This document shows positions 25,371 through 36,051 of a stretch of DNA of 64,000 bases, piece by piece; the stretch's first letter is position 1, and each line of letters begins with the position of its first letter. The position numbers and the translations under genes are program-made. This DNA is from Tubulanus polymorphus (lineage: Eukaryota > Animalia > Nemertea). Below the pieces are notes generated by a model. It was given only the letters and a program-made list of their open reading frames with translations, had not been told where the DNA came from and did no database searches. The stretch spans positions 9,176,001-9,240,000 of the forward strand of contig NC_134031.1 of assembly GCF_964204645.1 (NCBI RefSeq). Direction: 5' to 3'.

Positions 25371-25793
25371 ATGGCTTCTGCAGTTATAACTATTATAGGA
25401 TCGGCAATTGTTAACGCTTTAGCATTTACTGGTGGCGGATATTTATTTAAACATATTGATAAAAATGGTTCATTAACAGAACAAAAAAGACATAACTTAG
25501 CATTAGTGAAATATAATAAAGCAGCAGAAGAATATAGAGAAAAGAGGCAAAACTATATGGATTATATTAACAAGGAATTATATGATCAGAAGATTTCACA
25601 TAGAGATTTTCAATCAGTTGATGATGCAATGAGTTTATATAACGCGGTAAGCAATAAAGAAACATTACATCTATACAAACCTAAATTATCAGATTATTAT
25701 ACCCCAAGTAAAGAACAGAAGAAATATGAAATAATATGGGTTTTAGGTGGAACAGTTATTGTTATATTTGTAGCGTATAAGTTTACTAATTAG
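25371..25793 (+). CDS. Membrane protein, 140 aa, with hydrophobic N- and C-termini
   Basis: MASAVITIIGSAIVNALAFTGGGYL..; C-terminal TM segment; conserved in D and C. Confidence 0.75.
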   Translation: MASAVITIIGSAIVNALAFTGGGYLFKHIDKNGSLTEQKRHNLALVKYNKAAEEYREKRQNYMDYINKELYDQKISHRDFQSVDDAMSLYNAVSNKETLHLYKPKLSDYYTPSKEQKKYEIIWVLGGTVIVIFVAYKFTN

Positions 25794-25814
25794 TAATTGT
25801 TCTTTGCTAAATAA

Positions 25815-26249
25815 ATGGAAGATAAAGTTGATAATATTGATATTATTCCTCATGATATAAATAAAACTAAATTAAAAACATATTTAGAAAAACAAATATA
25901 AGAATTTGAAAGTGACTTAAAAGTTAAAAAGAAAAAACATTTAAAATCTAAAATTATATATTACTTGATTATAAGTGGTTCGGTTACAATTAGTTCTGTA
26001 ATAACATTTCTAGCAATATTTTCACCATTAACACCTTTAGCTATATCAATTGGTGTATTAGGATTAAGTTCAAGTGTTTTAACTGGTATAAGTTCAAAAT
26101 AAAATATAAAAAGTAATAAAGAAAAAATTGAAACTAATATAAAAGAAATTAATAAATTAAAGAATACACTAGATTATATAATAAGTTTAAATGGCCATAT
26201 AACAGTTGAAGAACAAGATAAACTATTAAAAGAATTAATAAATTATTAA
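25815..26249 (+). pseudogene. Two-TM coiled-coil protein with premature stop
   Basis: Homolog of intact 40448-40873; TAA at ~26100 where D has TCA. Confidence 0.7.
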
Positions 26250-26265
26250 TTTTTTAATTATATAA

Positions 26266-27590
26266 ATGGCAGATAGTTTTCCAAAAGCTTTCCAATATAA
26301 CAAATCAATTAAATATAATATTCCAGCAATAGATTTTGATAAAGATATTACATATAGAAATGAAGTTTTAAATTCATTAATTGATTTATATATTTATGTT
26401 ACTGAAAGTAATAATTTTCATGTAAAGATGGAAAATATATTTCATGTGTATACAATTAATTTTAAAAATTTAAATGAGGCAAAACAATGGTTATTAAAAT
26501 CTAATATGAAGTATTTGCAGAACCAATTAAATTTGCTGTTTATTGTGCAACAACAGGATGTGGAATTAGTTGGAATGATCTTTTAAACAAACCAAGTTTA
26601 CCATTGATGTTATCACTTTTTAGATTTCATACATATTTTCAAATAAAATTAATATTAGATGAATTAGAATGTCCTTTACCAGGTTCAAAATATTTTAAAG
26701 AATTGAATAATAATATTAATTTTTCTAAGTTCTATAAAATATGTAATGAATTTAATATCAATTCAAATAAAGATTTTAGAGCAAAAATTGGAACAATGGG
26801 TGGATTAGAAATATTATATACTAAAGAATTTGGAAAAATAATGACAAATTCTGATATAAGATCACTAAATTGGAATGAATTACCAAAATATTATAATAAT
26901 ATACAACAACAAAACAATAATGGTTGGGTTAATTTCATTTTAGAAAATAGTGAAGGTTTTACTAAAGCTGGTATACAAAGAATAAATCAATCTATTAGAA
27001 CTTATTTAATTTGTATTTTAGGCGCGCAAGTTGAAACAAGATCCCCAATAATTGGAAATGATAACACTTCATTCGATGCGCAGAAACAATTTAAAGTATT
27101 ATTTGAAGATTCAATTCATAATGATAAAAATAGATCGATTCCGGAAAATATTGTAAGATATCAAAATTATTTAGATAAATCACATATTAGATTAAATTAT
27201 TGTATAGGTCCTAATCTATTTATTATTTCTAATGATTTAGTATTAAAGATGGGAAACATAATTGGTTACAATAATCTAATTAAAACTGCAACAATAAATA
27301 ATTCATTTGGGTTAAATGATATAAATAAAAAGATTATTACTGCTCCAAAATTAATGGAAGGTGAACAAAATAAAAAACACATTCAATCAACTGAAACTAA
27401 AACTAAGAATATTAAATTAAATAATGATTCTAAAATATAAGATTACAATACATCAGAAGATATTAAAACTGATATTATTCAACATGATATAATTAAACTA
27501 AATGATGATAATAAATCCCATGAAAATACTAAATTAGCTTTAACTTGTATAGGAATTGTAATCGGAGGAATATTATATTTTAAATTTTAA
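26266..27590 (+). pseudogene. Conserved hypothetical protein (~440 aa) with C-terminal TM, disrupted
   Basis: ORFs 26266 and 26604 plus tail ..LTCIGIVIGGILYFKF; D reads through the first break and C through the last stop. Confidence 0.75.
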
Positions 27591-27605
27591 TTTTTTATTA
27601 TATAA

Positions 27606-29302
27606 ATGGAAGAAGATATTCCAATGGATACTTTTGGTGACGCCCCCGGTATAAGTGATGAACCACAACCTGATTTTAATGAAACTAATATTGATAATGA
27701 TGATGAATCAGCATATAATACTCATTTAGGTGAAGATGATTCTAGTGGGCCTATATTATATGATTATGATGAATTTAAATATGATACTGTAACAAGTGAA
27801 AAATTAATAGATTATTTAGAATCCCTCGATAAGATAATAATTAAAACTAGGCCAGATAGAAAAGATTTAATTAATAGATCAGTAAGAACAGAAAACCCTG
27901 AATTGAAAAAACAATTATTATACATAAAACATAGTGTAACAAATACAGTTATTGAAGAATTATTACCAAAAAATGTAACATATAACATTGAACCAGAAGA
28001 TATTGCAATACAAATTGTAGAAGATGATCCATTTTTCATGAATAATTTAGAATTTAAAGATGATTCATGGTTTTATAAAGTTGAATTAAATAACGAAACT
28101 GTATCAATTCAATTATCTAAAATGGGACAAGAAGATCTGTACCATCCTGAAATGCGTGCAGGATCTTCAATTGAACGTTCAAAAGGTGGTAGAGAATTTC
28201 TCAGAATTATATGGAATGCACTCGATAGAATAAATGAAGAAGAACCAATTCCTAAAATTGATATTAACAAATATTCACCATTTAAAAATCCAAATTTAAA
28301 TCCTCCTGATGTTGATCCAGAAATGGAAGAGTATGGAGATCGATTAGATAAATTAAGATCTTCAACACCCGAAACATCGAGAAGAGATATTCAACAAATT
28401 GATAATAATTCAAGTCAATTAGTAAAACATTTTGATAGCATGTTAGATACAATTCATTCATTTGAAGAAGAGATGAATAGTGCTTCAGATACACCCGGTG
28501 CTGAAACTGGAATAAATCGAATACAATCTTTACTAGAAAAAGGATTATTTGATTTAACTGATGATGAATTAGAAGCATTTCCTGAACAAGCACGTAGAGA
28601 AATTAAAGGTATGCAAGAATCAGCTGATAAAATTGCGCATGAAAAAAGTAAAAGAGATATTAAAATTAGATTTTTAGAAAAAGATAGAACTGATAAAATT
28701 AAAGAAATAGAACAACTAAAATTAGATAGAGATAATAAAGTTGCAAAAGAAATGCATATTTAGAAAAAGAAAAAGATGATTTAGAATATAACATAGAATT
28801 ACAGAAAAAAGAAATTAAATTATTATTAAAATCATATGATTATAATATTAATAGATTAAAAGTTATTTTTAAAGAGTTAATAATAAAACCAGATTCTAAA
28901 ATATCATTGAAAGATAGAATAAAATTATTATTTAAGTTAGAAGGTATAACAATTCTTTCAATTCTAACAGCTGTAACTATGTTATTTACAACAATTGGTT
29001 TAGCAATATCAAATGCTTTGAAATCTACTCCTACTCCCAATAAACCGGATAAACCCCCGAATGATAATAATTCTATACAAGATAAAGTTAAAGATGGTTT
29101 AAAGAAATTAGCAAAATATTTATGGGAACTATCTAAAAAATCTGCTGCAGCATTACCAGGAGTTATTGCATCAATTGTTGGTTTTATATTGAAATCTGCA
29201 GGAAACATTATTAACTTTGCTGCTGAACATATTATTTTATTTTTAATTACAGTTGTAAGTGCTATTATTTTTGGGTTAGTAAACATGATAAAAAATAAAT
29301 AA
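27606..29302 (+). pseudogene. Long acidic/coiled-coil protein with C-terminal membrane helices, frameshifted at ~28760
   Basis: ORFs 27606-28763 and 28907-29302; C-terminus GITILSILTA..KSAAALPGVIASIVGFIL is conserved in D. Confidence 0.7.
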
Positions 29303-29322
29303 TTAATTTTTTTGTTAAATAA

Positions 29323-30569
29323 ATGAGTGGGAGTTATATCAATCCTTCTAAGAATCATAGAATGTCTAATGCTATTAAAGCAGAAAGATCACATCATATA
29401 ATTACTCATAACCCTTCTAATATTAATCCTGATGAAACTTTATATATTAGAATCCCTCGATTAACACAAAATACTTTTTATGTTCCAAATAGTATTTATT
29501 TGTCAGCCGATATAAAAGTAATTGGTCATGATAATAATTATGTTGTTGATAATGTTGGAAGATATTTGATCAAAGAATTAACTATAAAGATTGGTCCAGA
29601 AACAGTTTTCTCATTAGATGATTATAATTTATTTATGCATTTTAAGGATTTATGGTTAACTAAAGAAAATAGAAATAATATGATATTTCAAGGCATCCAA
29701 TCAGAAAACCAAAATAAATTAAGATCAGGACTTAATGACGCAATAGTAACTCGTACCGCAGATAATTTGATAAAAAAGATTTATGGAAGCAAATATAAAA
29801 TTCCATAGACTTTGAATTGATAAATTATAATGTGCCTTTATATAAATACGCAATTCAAGAAGATGTTATATTCGAAATAACATTTGCTCCTGTAAATGAA
29901 ATTGTATTATCTAGCGTTGTTAAAGATATGGGTTATAAATTATCGAATATATGTTTAGAATATGACACAGTAACTGATGAAAATATTTCAAGTATAATTC
30001 AAACTCAATACAATCAAGGATTTTCATTATTATATGATTATATTGATAAATTTAAAACTGTAACTATTAATGCAAATGATGAAATAATTAATGAGAATAT
30101 TAACTTCCCAAGAAGATCTATTAAAGGTATATTAATATTTTTTACCATTGCAACATATTCTAATGTTGCAATACAGGTTGATAAGTATTATAATCCTGAA
30201 ATAACAAAAGTAGAAATAACTATCGAAGGAAAAGCAAATAAAATATTTTGTCAAGGAATGAGAATGATAGATCAATGGCCAGAAATTAGAAAACATTTTA
30301 TGAATGAAAAAGTGAAATCATCTGAAAATTGTAATATTAATCAAATTGATTATTATACCGGTAATAAATATGCATTGTGGTTAGATTTTAGAACAGCAGA
30401 GGATAATTCATTACATGGTTCTGGGAAAAAACTACAAAACACTAAAGATGGAATACAATTATTCATGACAAAGAAAAAAGGAAGTCTAAATTTCAAAATG
30501 CACATTTATATTATATCTGACGCGCAATTAAATATTGTAAATTCACAATTAGATAGTGTTATGTATTAA
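29323..30569 (+). pseudogene. Major capsid protein (double jelly-roll), one frameshift at ~29806
   Basis: ~415 aa when joined and beta-rich; NPS.I.P.ETL...IP.L, VV.NVGR.L, LSNICLEYD, N.PRRS.KGIL, KYALWLDFR..DN.LHGSG pattern of Polinton MCPs. Confidence 0.8.
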
Positions 30570-30601
30570 AATTTTAACTTTAATAAATATTTATATAATA
30601 A

Positions 30602-31795
30602 ATGGAAGGAGGTAAAGTAAATAAACATATTCCATACATCGATACACATGAAAATAATGATGGTTTATATTATGTAATACCTTGTAATATAGCTTTGATA
30701 TTTGATCCTATTTTCAAAATTTATAAAACTAAACTAATAGAAATCGATAATAATAAAAGTGAAGTTGTTGATAATTTAAGTAATGTAATACCATCTACAT
30801 CTAATAATGTAATACCTACTACATCTAATAATGTAATACCTACTACATCTAATAATGTAATACCTACTACATCAAATAATGTAATACCTTCTACATATAA
30901 TAATGATAAGATTGAACCTGATATCAAAACCAAAAAGACAAATGAAAAATATTGTGATGTATGTAAGAAATATATATCATATAAAAATTGGGCATCACAT
31001 AAGAAATCAAATAAACATATAGAAAAAGAAAATAATAATAATGATAATAATATATCTGATAATAATATAATAGATAATATCATAGATAATGTTAATACAA
31101 TTGAAACAAATGATACCATAGATAATATAACAGATAATGTTGATACAATTGAAACTAATGATAATGAAACAATTGATGATTCTAAAAAACATTGTAACAT
31201 TTGTGATTTAGATATTTCTAAAAGTAATTTTTCTAAACATAAAAAATCTCAAGCGCATATCGAAAATGAAAGGAAGTTAGAAGAACATGAAAAGAAATTA
31301 GAAGAAATAGAAAGAAATAAAATGTGCCAATATTGTAATAAGAAATTTGAACCTGTTGATGAAAATACTCATTATAAATCAAAGTTACATCTAATTAATG
31401 TTTATAAAATGGTGAGTATTATACCATTGTTAAATAACCCAAATAAATATATCAGATATTTTAATCCTAAAACTAACCAATATTATATATTCTATAAGTT
31501 GTTATTTGATAAATTATTAGCTTATGCAGGAGATAATCCTAAACAAATATATAAATTATTATATTTAAGAAAAATAGATTTAAGTTATCTGACAAATAAT
31601 TTTGGACATCATTTTGATTTTGATTATGATGATTTTGATGAATACTTAGAAAAATTAAGAGAAAAAGCAAATTTACCTACTAATAATTATGTTAAGATGG
31701 CTCAATTAAAATTAATAAATCTATCTAAGACTTTTGGTGAATTAGATATAAACAGAGATGATTTTATAAATATATTAGAAACAAAATTAGAATAA
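30602..31795 (+). CDS. C2H2 zinc-finger protein with low-complexity repeats, 397 aa
   Basis: Three CxxC..HxxSxxH fingers; five 24-bp repeats (TTSNNVIP) at ~30780-30900. Confidence 0.8.
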   Translation: MEGGKVNKHIPYIDTHENNDGLYYVIPCNIALIFDPIFKIYKTKLIEIDNNKSEVVDNLSNVIPSTSNNVIPTTSNNVIPTTSNNVIPTTSNNVIPSTYNNDKIEPDIKTKKTNEKYCDVCKKYISYKNWASHKKSNKHIEKENNNNDNNISDNNIIDNIIDNVNTIETNDTIDNITDNVDTIETNDNETIDDSKKHCNICDLDISKSNFSKHKKSQAHIENERKLEEHEKKLEEIERNKMCQYCNKKFEPVDENTHYKSKLHLINVYKMVSIIPLLNNPNKYIRYFNPKTNQYYIFYKLLFDKLLAYAGDNPKQIYKLLYLRKIDLSYLTNNFGHHFDFDYDDFDEYLEKLREKANLPTNNYVKMAQLKLINLSKTFGELDINRDDFINILETKLE

Positions 31796-31800
31796 TTATT

Positions 31801-32191
31801 ATAAAACTAATTTATATAACTATATACTAGACGTACGAGTAAGAATCCAAGAATCCAAGAATCCAAGAAATCTTACTTTCTTACTCGTACGTCTAGTACA
31901 TAGATATATATATAATAGTTTTCATAAAAATCAAAAACATAAAATTATTAATCTAAGTATAGAAATAGTTATAATATAATCTATTTTTATTATTATTAAG
32001 AGAAAACATATAATTTATTCATTTTTATAATTTAAATTTAGAATGATTATTATAAAACTAATTTATATATCTATATACTAGACGTACGTAAGAATTCTTA
32101 CCAAGATTCTTACTTTCTTACTTTCTTGGCAAGAATCTTACTTTCTTACTCGTACGTCTAGTACATAGATATATAAATTAGTTTCTATAAT
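31801..32191. repeat. Two tandem long hairpins between convergent genes
   Basis: TACTAGACGTACG(AG)TAAGA..TCTTACTCGTACGTCTAGTA cores at 31825-31898 and ~32076-32163, with AT-rich stem extensions. Confidence 0.9.
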
Positions 32192-32209
32192 ATTCCAAAT
32201 TATAAATAG

Positions 32210-32836
32210 TTATTTTATAAATTTATATTCATATGGAAATTGTAATCTCAGTAATAATTTTGAACCTTTATTATTCTTTAATTAATTCATATATTCATCA
32301 TGTAATTCAGTAGGTATAATTTGATTTTCTTCCAATGATTGTTGCATAGATTTTTTATCTTTATTGTAGAATAAAACTAGAAATCTTATATTCTCCCTAA
32401 AGTCTTTAACAATTGAATTATATTTTTTATTTAAAAAACCCATGTTGTTATCCCGAAATGTCTCCCAGAGAAAGCTAAATGACATAACTCACTTTCTCTC
32501 ACTTTTGAATCATGTAAATTTGCGCAATCATCTATAATGAATAATGTATTTGATCCTTTATAAGTATCAATTGCTATTTTTATACAATTATCTAAATTTT
32601 CTTTTACTATTTTAGGATCTGATATAATAAACTTTTTCATCTTAACTATATCTCTATTATATGTTTTATTCATTTCATAAGTAGGACAGAATAATATTAT
32701 ATTATCAAAATGATTCTTATAAATAGTTTCTAACAAATCGCGGGTATTGTAACTCTATGAAATGTGTTTTACCACAATTGGTTACTCCAGTTATTAACAT
32801 ATTATGCGGTTCGAATATGAATAAATCTTTATTCAT
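32210..32836 (-). pseudogene. A32-like genome-packaging ATPase, disrupted
   Basis: MNKDLFIFEPHNMLITGVTNCGKT (Walker A), TLFIIDDC (Walker B), LAFSGRHFGIT (arginine finger). Confidence 0.88.
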
Positions 32837-33941
32837 TTATTCTTTTAATTTTACTAGATAAAATCCATTCATTAAACTTATCACCGTATCCTTTATATTT
32901 CACCAAAGAATACTTTTTTCCTTCAAGAGTTTTTGTTTTCAATACTTTTTCTATTTTGTATTCTATTTCATCTGGATTTGGTACAAGTGATAATTCTTGT
33001 TCATAGAAATAACCTAATATTTCTTCATCTTTTAGATCTTCTAATTTATAAACAAATGGTTTAGTTAATATTATCTTTTTAATCTTGAATATTTCTTCAG
33101 TAAAATTTGGGGTATAACCTTTATAAAATGTTTTTCTATATTTAGATATTCTTACGTGTTGTCCAATTTTAAATTTAGGTTCTCCAAAATCATGTGTAAC
33201 AAATGCGCCATATAAATTATTCCAAACTATTTCCGAATTATCTTCTTTTCTAGCTAGTATAGGTTTCATATTTATAGAACTATGTTTAGAATTATTATAA
33301 CCTTTCACTAAATCATCTAACACATCGATATATTTATATGTTTCATTAGCAGTAAAATATTTCCACATTCTAGTTTTCAATGTTTTATTAAATCTTTCTA
33401 TAATAGATGCTTTTTTATCTGAATGTGTTGAAAAATAATCTACATCGTTATCAGACAATAGTTTTTTAAAATGTTTATTATAAAATTCCTTACCTTCATC
33501 AAATTGTATCTCATCTGGAATAGCTTCTTTAAATATTGATTTAAAAGCATTTGTTACTTCTATACCAGTTTTATTTTTGATTGGAATTGACCATGCGTAT
33601 CTACTGAATATGTCTATAACATTTAATATCCAGAAATATCCTTTGTCGTATTCTTCTAAGTTCTTCATGTCAATTAAATCTGCTTGCCATTGTTGATCGA
33701 TATATGAAACCATAACTTTTTTTGTTAAATAAGTTTTATCCATTTTCTTGTGGATTTGATATGTTGGTTGATTTTGTAACCATGATTTCAATTCACTATA
33801 TTTTATACCACCGTGTGGGTGCCGTACGGCACCATTTTCATTATCAGATTTAATTTTATTCCATAATTCTGAAACGTTAGAATATGATACTTCACTTTCT
33901 GGGTTATAATATAAATCTCTTAGATATTGTTCTTTTTTCAT
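32829..33941 (-). CDS. int: Retroviral-like (rve) integrase with C-terminal chromodomain-like region
   Basis: QWQADLIDM, VIDIFSRYAW, FDEGKEF, IERFNKTLK (DDE), C-terminal YKIEKVL..LVKYKGY..FNEWI; intact 370 aa, consistent with the 6-bp TSD. Confidence 0.95.
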   Translation of the reverse strand: MKKEQYLRDLYYNPESEVSYSNVSELWNKIKSDNENGAVRHPHGGIKYSELKSWLQNQPTYQIHKKMDKTYLTKKVMVSYIDQQWQADLIDMKNLEEYDKGYFWILNVIDIFSRYAWSIPIKNKTGIEVTNAFKSIFKEAIPDEIQFDEGKEFYNKHFKKLLSDNDVDYFSTHSDKKASIIERFNKTLKTRMWKYFTANETYKYIDVLDDLVKGYNNSKHSSINMKPILARKEDNSEIVWNNLYGAFVTHDFGEPKFKIGQHVRISKYRKTFYKGYTPNFTEEIFKIKKIILTKPFVYKLEDLKDEEILGYFYEQELSLVPNPDEIEYKIEKVLKTKTLEGKKYSLVKYKGYGDKFNEWILSSKIKRINE

Positions 33942-33947
33942 CTTATT

Positions 33948-34307
33948 TTAATCCATTAATAATAATTTAGATTTAGTTTCAATGGCTTTATGATTTGATT
34001 TATTTTCTGGTATAATAGGTTTATTGTCATTGGAATCATCTTTATCATCAGATTTGAATTTTGATTTATATATTACGCCAGATAATATAATAACTGTTAC
34101 TAATCCAATTGTAATATATAAGTGATTATTACTTCCAGCATTAGAAGAATCAGATGGATTATTATTTAAATCAATATCAGGTGATTCATTTATATCAGTT
34201 AATTTCTTTTTCGTAGCTTTTTTTAATTCTGAAGATCTTTTACCTAATTCTCTTGCCCATATAATTTGTTTCTCGGATCTAGGCTTCTTCTTAACGCTAT
34301 CACTCAT
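33948..34307 (-). CDS. Hypothetical single-TM protein, 119 aa
   Basis: Basic N-terminus KKPRSEKQI, central TM segment, TAAATG start. Confidence 0.7.
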   Translation of the reverse strand: MSDSVKKKPRSEKQIIWARELGKRSSELKKATKKKLTDINESPDIDLNNNPSDSSNAGSNNHLYITIGLVTVIILSGVIYKSKFKSDDKDDSNDNKPIIPENKSNHKAIETKSKLLLMD

Positions 34308-34902
34308 TTATTTTAGTTAATTTTTGTTCTGATTCATTTTCTGTTTCGACGTTTGGTTGTAGTACATCTGTTTCGTTCTTACCTGATTTATATTCCATAG
34401 GCTTGATGTTCGAAAATGTAATGACACCAGTAGAAATTAATGTCATAACCGATCCTAATTGAAATGAAGCATATCCAACCCATTTTTGTAATTCAGTCAT
34501 AACTAAATAGTCATTTTTCAAATCACTATATAATTTATTTTCATCATCAATTGGTATTAACTGGTTACATAACTTAGAATAACATTTGACAATACCATCT
34601 GAAATAGAATCATTTATTCGGGCTAATCTTGCCTCTTCATAAATCTTAAAATATTTTATTACTTTATCTGGTTTCATAGAGTCTAGTTCTTGAAAAGTAA
34701 TGATTCTATTTAAAAACTCTTTAGATTTTCCACCAGCAATCAATAGTTCAAGATGATGCTTACAATTTAAATAGTATTCATAATCTATATTACAATTAAC
34801 TTGAGCACAATTAGTTACAACTGTATCTTTATTATCACTTATACCCAAATCATCTAATGTTTTTTCAATATCAATACTATTCTTATTAGATTTCTTTGAC
34901 AT
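34300..34902 (-). CDS. Hypothetical protein, 200 aa
   Basis: Intact ORF in the gene run; T7-CTC-TAATATAAATG start. Confidence 0.7.
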   Translation of the reverse strand: MSKKSNKNSIDIEKTLDDLGISDNKDTVVTNCAQVNCNIDYEYYLNCKHHLELLIAGGKSKEFLNRIITFQELDSMKPDKVIKYFKIYEEARLARINDSISDGIVKCYSKLCNQLIPIDDENKLYSDLKNDYLVMTELQKWVGYASFQLGSVMTLISTGVITFSNIKPMEYKSGKNETDVLQPNVETENESEQKLTKINE

Positions 34903-35205
34903 TTATATTAGAGAAAAAAAGCAAAAAAAATATAAGTATTCTTCAAATGATACTAGATAGTTAAAGTTAAAGAATTCTAGTATTGACTACTGATACTAGC
35001 TATTTGAATTTAAAGAATTTCTATTTGAATCTATTCAAAATATAAAGTATTCTCTTTTTGAAAAGAAAATATTAAAAATATAATAGAATTCACTAGTTAG
35101 TTGAAGTTATTGTTTTTTAAATACTTTTTATTTAAATTAGGATTTAGATTATCTCACTACTTTTGTTTATCTATTAGGAGCACTAATTATAACTGTCCAG
35201 ATAAG

Positions 35206-35885
35206 TCATTTCGGATCCTTGATATCAAATTCCTCAACGTATTGTTTATTATTTGGATCATTGTTCCATTGATCAATAAATTTCTTTGCCTTTGTTAACT
35301 GTTCTAAATATAACTGTAAATCTAGTTTAATAGATTTAATTATGTTTTCCTTCTTTTCAAGAGGTCTTAAATTCTTCCAATTCCAAATAAGTTTTTTATT
35401 GTATTCATCATTCATGTTAAATATAGAAATCGGCAACACGTGATCAATATGGTAATAATCCCCATAATTATCTATATTCATTTTATCATCGAATTGAAAT
35501 ATAATCCATGATTTGAGAAATTCATCTGATCAACCCAATAGATTAGATAGTGTTTCTGAATGTGTTTCTTTGTTGAATAATTGTGTTAATCTAGATCTTA
35601 AGCATTGTTTCAATCTAAAATTAAGATCTGTTTGATATCTTTCTCTCATATATTCTGCCATATAATAATTATAGTGTTCTATATTATCTTCTCGGTATTG
35701 TTTGGTATATAGTTTAAAACAATTTTTTTTCAGCAATATTGAAAACCATCTTTGCTAATCTTACGCTTACTAAATTCTGTTAAAGCTAATTTATCTAATT
35801 CACATTTAGAACACTTCTTGTAGTATATATTTATAACACCAGTGTTATTTGTAATATTGATAGTTTGTGGTTGTTCTGGTTCCAT
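35206..35885 (-). pseudogene. HNH endonuclease of the type common in large DNA viruses, disrupted
   Basis: KKCSKC..EF..KDG, D.NFRL...LRSRL, LLG, MN.DNYG.Y.HIDHVLP..F....WNWKNLRPL...EN..K. Confidence 0.8.
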
Positions 35886-36051
35886 TTATTATACGTATTT
35901 TTTTACTAAATTGGTTAATATTTTAGAATCCTCTTCCATTTCTTCGACCAACGTCATCCTTTTTCATTCCTCGCTGCTTTTGATAAGTCAGTTTCGATTC
36001 CTTGATATCTAAATCATACCAGTTACAATACCCGCGTCACATGCGGGCATA

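Noticed and set aside
28840-29358. Antisense ORF conserved in B and D (42912-43508), plus other antisense ORFs (30721-31200, 4625-5080, 5962-6318)
   Set aside because: Shadows of sense genes. They lack TAAATG starts or recognisable motifs, and their conservation follows from the sense strand.
31801-32191. CRISPR-like repeat-spacer reading of the palindromes
   Set aside because: Only two units per copy, loops are low-complexity rather than unique spacers, there are no cas genes, and the context is eukaryotic.
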